Shown here piece by piece: positions 16,768-20,000 of a DNA stretch of 20,000 bases. How positions within the stretch are numbered: position 1 is the stretch's first letter; every line of letters starts with the position of its first letter. The notes under the pieces were generated by a model. That model did no database searches and had not been told where the DNA came from. It saw only the letters and a list, made by a program, of their open reading frames with translations. The position numbers were made by a program, and so were the translations under genes. This DNA comes from an uncultured virus (IMG/VR IMGVR_UViG_3300044640_001752) (taxonomy: Duplodnaviria; Heunggongvirae; Uroviricota; Caudoviricetes): the IMG/VR virus record IMGVR_UViG_3300044640_001752; one strand, given 5' to 3'.

Positions 16768-16973
16768 ATGAACTAATACAAAAACTAGCAGAGGATGCTG
16801 GACTTGATGCTAGAACTATGGGATTTGAGAACAACCATACCGCTCAATGGAATGCTAGAGTGACCAAACTTGCCCAGTTGACTGTTAAGGAATGTGCTAA
16901 CTTCTTGAAAGACACACTAGATGATCATTATGCGGCAGAACAGTTAGAAGAACATTTCGGAGTTGAAGAATGA
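16764..16973 (+). CDS. Small phage protein, MNE..LA...KFAELIV.EC...HFGVEE family, copy 1
   Basis: 69 aa; ATGA overlaps at both ends; paralogous to the next ORF. Confidence 0.75.
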   Translation: MNELIQKLAEDAGLDARTMGFENNHTAQWNARVTKLAQLTVKECANFLKDTLDDHYAAEQLEEHFGVEE

Positions 16974-17278
16974 ACGAACGAATTGAACAACTTGCTGGCC
17001 AGTTAGGTCCTGTTGCAACAATTGGTGATTGGGGCAGAGTTGAATGGGCAGATAACGTATATCCACAATTGGGTGATAAGATGTATGCGGCTGTTGACCT
17101 GGCAAAGTTCGCCGAGTTGATTGTTCGAGAATGTGTGGACATTGTTAAACACAACATATATGAACCCGACTATCGTGGGGGTAGTCAGATTCTAGAATCA
17201 TTTGAAAATTATCAAGCAAATCGTCGAGCAGAAGATATTCTCAATCAGATTAAACAACATTTCGGAGTTGAAGAATGA
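16951..17278 (+). repeat. 23-bp exact direct repeat AACATTTCGGAGTTGAAGAATGA at 16951-16973 and 17256-17278
   Basis: Read directly; encodes HFGVEE* and also provides the GGAG SD and ATG of the downstream gene. Confidence 0.9.
16970..17278 (+). CDS. Small phage protein, MNERI..LA...KFAELIVREC...HFGVEE family, copy 2
   Basis: 102 aa; shares N-terminal, central and C-terminal motifs with copy 1. Confidence 0.8.
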   Translation: MNERIEQLAGQLGPVATIGDWGRVEWADNVYPQLGDKMYAAVDLAKFAELIVRECVDIVKHNIYEPDYRGGSQILESFENYQANRRAEDILNQIKQHFGVEE

Positions 17279-17820
17279 GTCTAAAAGACATTACTAAAGA
17301 CCTCCATCACGAGGCAGAAACAACAACATTTGCTAAGATGTTACTCAGCGGCAAGATTGGTCGAGAAGATTACAAAAACTACCTGTATAACTTACTGGCA
17401 ATCTATGATCCTATTGAATGGTATTGCAAACGGCAAGGCTTTCTTGACACAATGCCGGGCCTTCCTCGCTTGAAAGGTATTTTAGCAGATTTCTTGGAGT
17501 TAGATGACGGCACCTATTGTTATCTAACTCCTGCTACCTTAGAGTATCAAGCCTATCTACACCAGCTAGGAAATGATGCAGACCGCAAACAGTTAGTCAA
17601 AGCTCATTTGTATTGCAGACACATGGGAGACCTGTTTGGTGGACAGATTATCAAGAAGCAAGTGGCACACATCAGCAGTGGCAAGTTTTATGACTTTGAA
17701 AATGGCGATGTTATGAAGACAGCCATTCGCCAGACACTTACAGACGACCTGGGCGACGAGGCTCGTGTGGCATTTGAGTATGCTATTAAAATGATGCGAG
17801 ACCTACACCATGGAGAGTAA
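17275..17820 (+). CDS. hemO: Heme oxygenase (HemO/Ho1-like)
   Basis: LKDITKDLHHEAE (proximal His helix), YLYNLLAIY..IE, AHLYCRHMGDLFGGQII (distal helix signature), DEARVAF. Confidence 0.92.
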   Translation: MSLKDITKDLHHEAETTTFAKMLLSGKIGREDYKNYLYNLLAIYDPIEWYCKRQGFLDTMPGLPRLKGILADFLELDDGTYCYLTPATLEYQAYLHQLGNDADRKQLVKAHLYCRHMGDLFGGQIIKKQVAHISSGKFYDFENGDVMKTAIRQTLTDDLGDEARVAFEYAIKMMRDLHHGE

Positions 17821-18493
17821 TGTATGGAACACGCTGATTAAAATCGAACAACAGCTGGAAGCTGCATTTTATGCTTCTGGCAGTATCATCCAAGAACCCG
17901 GCATGGATCGATTCAATCAACCAGGCTGGATCAACAAAGTGTGGACCAGCAGTCAGTATCGTCGGGCACACATTGATGTGGTAGACGCTCGAGAAACACG
18001 AGGACTGTGGATGATGCACTGTTGCGTATTTCCTCACTTGGACAATCCTGCACCTATTTTTGGATTTGATGTCATAGCCGGCAAGAACAAGATTACCGGC
18101 TGTTTTATAGACTACAGCCCAGCTGGCGATATTGATCATGCTATGATTGAATATTTTGGTAAAGAAGTGAGCCGATACGAGTGGAACAAGAAGCGAGTCT
18201 TACCAGAATGGGCACAGCGTATTTTTAGTCCGCACATGGTTGCAGCCGGCAATGTCAGTGACGAAACTGAGCTGAATCAAATCGCTAGTTTGGCAGGTAT
18301 ATTGGTCGATCATTATATCAAATGCGTAGGCGAAACAAGCGGCACTGTCGAAAACACTCGAGATTCTCAGAACTTCTATGCACAAAATCAAAAGCAAAAT
18401 CCACATACTCCAAAAGTAATGGTTAGTCTTGGGCTTAGTGAAGAAGATGTACAACTGTTTATACAAGAATGTTTGTTTCCTGAAATACAATAA
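17810..18493 (+). CDS. pcyX: Ferredoxin-dependent bilin reductase, PcyX-like (PcyA family)
   Basis: EPGMDRFN..GWINKVW, YRRAHIDVVD, GLWMMHCCVFP, APIFGFDVIAG, DYSP, LPEWAQRIFS, QNFY..NQKQNPHT, FIQECLFP. Asp rather than Glu at the PcyA Glu76-equivalent position, plus NPH, match PcyX as recalled. Confidence 0.8.
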   Translation: MESNVWNTLIKIEQQLEAAFYASGSIIQEPGMDRFNQPGWINKVWTSSQYRRAHIDVVDARETRGLWMMHCCVFPHLDNPAPIFGFDVIAGKNKITGCFIDYSPAGDIDHAMIEYFGKEVSRYEWNKKRVLPEWAQRIFSPHMVAAGNVSDETELNQIASLAGILVDHYIKCVGETSGTVENTRDSQNFYAQNQKQNPHTPKVMVSLGLSEEDVQLFIQECLFPEIQ

Positions 18494-18530
18494 ACATTAC
18501 GAAGTTCCACACAGTTAACGGAGTTGAAGA

Positions 18531-18704
18531 ATGAGCAAGCAAATTGAAGATATGACCGACAAAGATATAAAAGACTATCTTGAGTCGGATAGAGGTAGAG
18601 CGGCACAGCGTAGTGGATTTGATCAAGGTTTAAATGCCATTATGGAATGTTTACGTCGCAATCAAGAACAAAGTTCGAAATCTTTGGGGTCAAAGAATGA
18701 ATAA
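18531..18704 (+). CDS. Hypothetical protein (57 aa, not in ORF track)
   Basis: MSKQIEDMTDKDIKDYLESDRGRAAQRSGFDQGLNAIMECLRRNQEQSSKSLGSKNE*; GGAG SD inside the repeat. Confidence 0.65.
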   Translation: MSKQIEDMTDKDIKDYLESDRGRAAQRSGFDQGLNAIMECLRRNQEQSSKSLGSKNE

Positions 18705-18825
18705 ACCCTTGGTCAAAAGAAGTCTGGCAGAGTTAGACACTGTAATAGAGGAAATCATACAGCGTAACCCCGAATGGTACAAAGAAATTCAACAATTAAT
18801 CGAGGAGTCGAAGAATGAAAGATAA
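18697..18825 (+). CDS. Hypothetical protein (42 aa; likely start 18697 rather than 18634)
   Basis: MNKPLVKRSLAELDTVIEEIIQRNPEWYKEIQQLIEESKNER*; short overlaps with both neighbours. Confidence 0.55.
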   Translation: MNKPLVKRSLAELDTVIEEIIQRNPEWYKEIQQLIEESKNER

Positions 18826-18994
18826 AATTTTTGGATGGCTAGATCGAAATCAGCAGGCAATTGGATATACTATCGGTGGGTTGAATATAGCCAATAGTGT
18901 AATGTACTTCTTGCAAGGGCAACCGGTTGCAGGAATTTTGTTCTTGATGATTGGTATTCCCATCATCTTACTTACTTACGGAGTCAACAAATGA
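18815..18994 (+). CDS. Small two-helix membrane protein (59 aa, not in ORF track)
   Basis: MKDKIFGWLDRNQQAIGYTIGGLNIANSVMYFLQGQPVAGILFLMIGIPIILLTYGVNK*; GAGGAG SD; ATGA overlap with the next gene. Confidence 0.7.
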   Translation: MKDKIFGWLDRNQQAIGYTIGGLNIANSVMYFLQGQPVAGILFLMIGIPIILLTYGVNK

Positions 18995-19533
18995 TCACAA
19001 TGAAAGAATGGATGGAATTGGTTGATTATAAAATCACCGAAGGCAGTGATTATGGTTGGTCCTGCTACGGATCAAACAGCTACACACTAGATTCATGGAA
19101 TGGTGTTTACGGCACAGGTGGATATAGTTTTAGCATTGTGTTTAGTACCAAGACACAAAAGGTCTACGAAGTCAGTGTGTGCGACTATACCAACGATCGT
19201 GCTTATCGTATGATCAATCCTAAAAATGTTGAAAAGCATCGTAAAGAAGCAGAATCCAAAACTGTTCTGGCTAGTCAAGCATGGGACGATGTCGACTATG
19301 TAGATTTAGAAGTGGTCGATGACTTTATCCAAAAATGTCAAGCTATCAAGTTGGGACAAGAATATGATACTCGTGTATCTATTCCGGTTACCTTTTCAGA
19401 TGAGGACCTGTTGACGTATATGAAACTAGCACATGAAAAAGATATTACCTTCAATCAATTAATTGAACAGGCACTAATTGCAGCAATTGAAAAGTATTCT
19501 CCTGATTTAATCGATAGTACAACAACAGAGTAA
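18991..19533 (+). CDS. Hypothetical phage protein, possible C-terminal ribbon-helix-helix-like segment
   Basis: 180 aa; GGAG SD; C-terminal RVSIPVTFSDEDLLTYMKLAHEKDITFNQLIEQAL has a beta-alpha-alpha pattern. Confidence 0.75.
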   Translation: MITMKEWMELVDYKITEGSDYGWSCYGSNSYTLDSWNGVYGTGGYSFSIVFSTKTQKVYEVSVCDYTNDRAYRMINPKNVEKHRKEAESKTVLASQAWDDVDYVDLEVVDDFIQKCQAIKLGQEYDTRVSIPVTFSDEDLLTYMKLAHEKDITFNQLIEQALIAAIEKYSPDLIDSTTTE

Positions 19534-19548
19534 TCACCGGATGTAACA

Positions 19549-19983
19549 ATGACATCAACACCAGCACCAAAAGTTGAATACGATGGTTACTACTTGATTG
19601 ACGTGGTGGCCCGTGACGGATTTCGTCTAACTATTCCGTCACGTGGCTATAACCTGAAGTCTTGGTTGAATTTTGAAAAAAGCCTAGGTTCAACAGTTGA
19701 GTATCGTGCTGTGAGTGAACAGGAATGGACACGCTTGCACTGGACACAAACTCCTTACGAAGAGGACAGTGCAGGTTTCGCCATTTTGGCAAGAAAGGCA
19801 GCAAAGCAAGTAACAGAAAAGGCTGCTGCCAAAACCAAGCCTGCTTACCCAGCCGACGATGGTCCACTTACGGCCAAACAACTAAAACAGATCAAAAAAT
19901 CAGCGGCCAAACCTGCGGTAAAAAAAGCAAATAAAAAACCAGTAAAGAAAATCGCACCCAAGCGATCGCCTGCTAAAAAATAA
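19549..19983 (+). CDS. Hypothetical protein with Lys/Ala/Pro-rich (histone-H1-like) C-terminal tail
   Basis: 144 aa ending KKSAAKPAVKKANKKPVKKIAPKRSPAKK. Confidence 0.75.
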   Translation: MTSTPAPKVEYDGYYLIDVVARDGFRLTIPSRGYNLKSWLNFEKSLGSTVEYRAVSEQEWTRLHWTQTPYEEDSAGFAILARKAAKQVTEKAAAKTKPAYPADDGPLTAKQLKQIKKSAAKPAVKKANKKPVKKIAPKRSPAKK

Positions 19984-20000
19984 CACACACTTTAACCAAA

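Larger units (their letters stand above)
17263..18535 (+). repeat. 17-bp direct repeat CGGAGTTGAAGAATGAG at 17263-17279 and 18519-18535 flanking the heme oxygenase-bilin reductase pair
   Basis: Read directly from the sequence. Confidence 0.85.

Noticed and set aside
16951..18818. CRISPR array interpretation of the GGAGTTGAAGAATGA repeats
   Set aside because: Spacing is irregular (about 300-1250 bp), intervals are protein-coding genes, and no cas genes are present.
174..19934. Numerous short antisense or alternate-frame ORFs in the track (e.g. 314-634, 7173-7739, 7916-8302, 8676-9065, 17786-18139)
   Set aside because: They lie within well-supported genes, lack SD sites and recognisable motifs, and are best explained as shadow ORFs.
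1..20000. Stop-codon reassignment (seen in some large phages)
   Set aside because: Standard code gives full-length genes and near-complete coding density; TAA, TGA and TAG all end genes at plausible positions.
1..20000. tRNA or rRNA genes
   Set aside because: Intergenic gaps are short and none shows a cloverleaf with T-loop GTTCRA or rRNA-like sequence.

Overview
The window is a gene-dense segment of a large, T4-like (myovirus) bacteriophage genome, probably infecting an aquatic non-cyanobacterial proteobacterium; host and taxonomy are inferred. Left to right: (1) a nucleotide-metabolism operon: 5'-truncated nrdA, a Cys-rich exported protein, a class II aldolase, nrdB, a DadA-like D-amino acid dehydrogenase, glutaredoxin and an Sm-like protein, closed by a bidirectional terminator. 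(2) A divergent accessory 'enzyme island': a SAM methyltransferase with a possible ACP-like N-terminus, opposite a translationally coupled Bug/TctC solute-binding protein, sulfotransferase-fold protein and 2OG-Fe(II)-like dioxygenase. Convergent to these is an AT-rich pair of a PP-loop (Asn-synthetase-like) ATPase and an unknown protein. (3) A late structural unit: small protein, PAAR (gp5.4-like) and a 627-aa acidic protein. (4) An early region driven by two duplicated sigma70 promoter/RBS modules, with many small ORFs, a DUF3307-like protein, ATP-dependent DNA ligase, and a heme oxygenase + PcyX-like bilin reductase cassette bracketed by a 17-bp direct repeat. The most interesting items are the methyltransferase/Bug/sulfotransferase-like/dioxygenase cluster, the repeat-bounded hemO-pcyX cassette and the PP-loop pair. 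All family calls come from motif recognition by eye; no searches were run.
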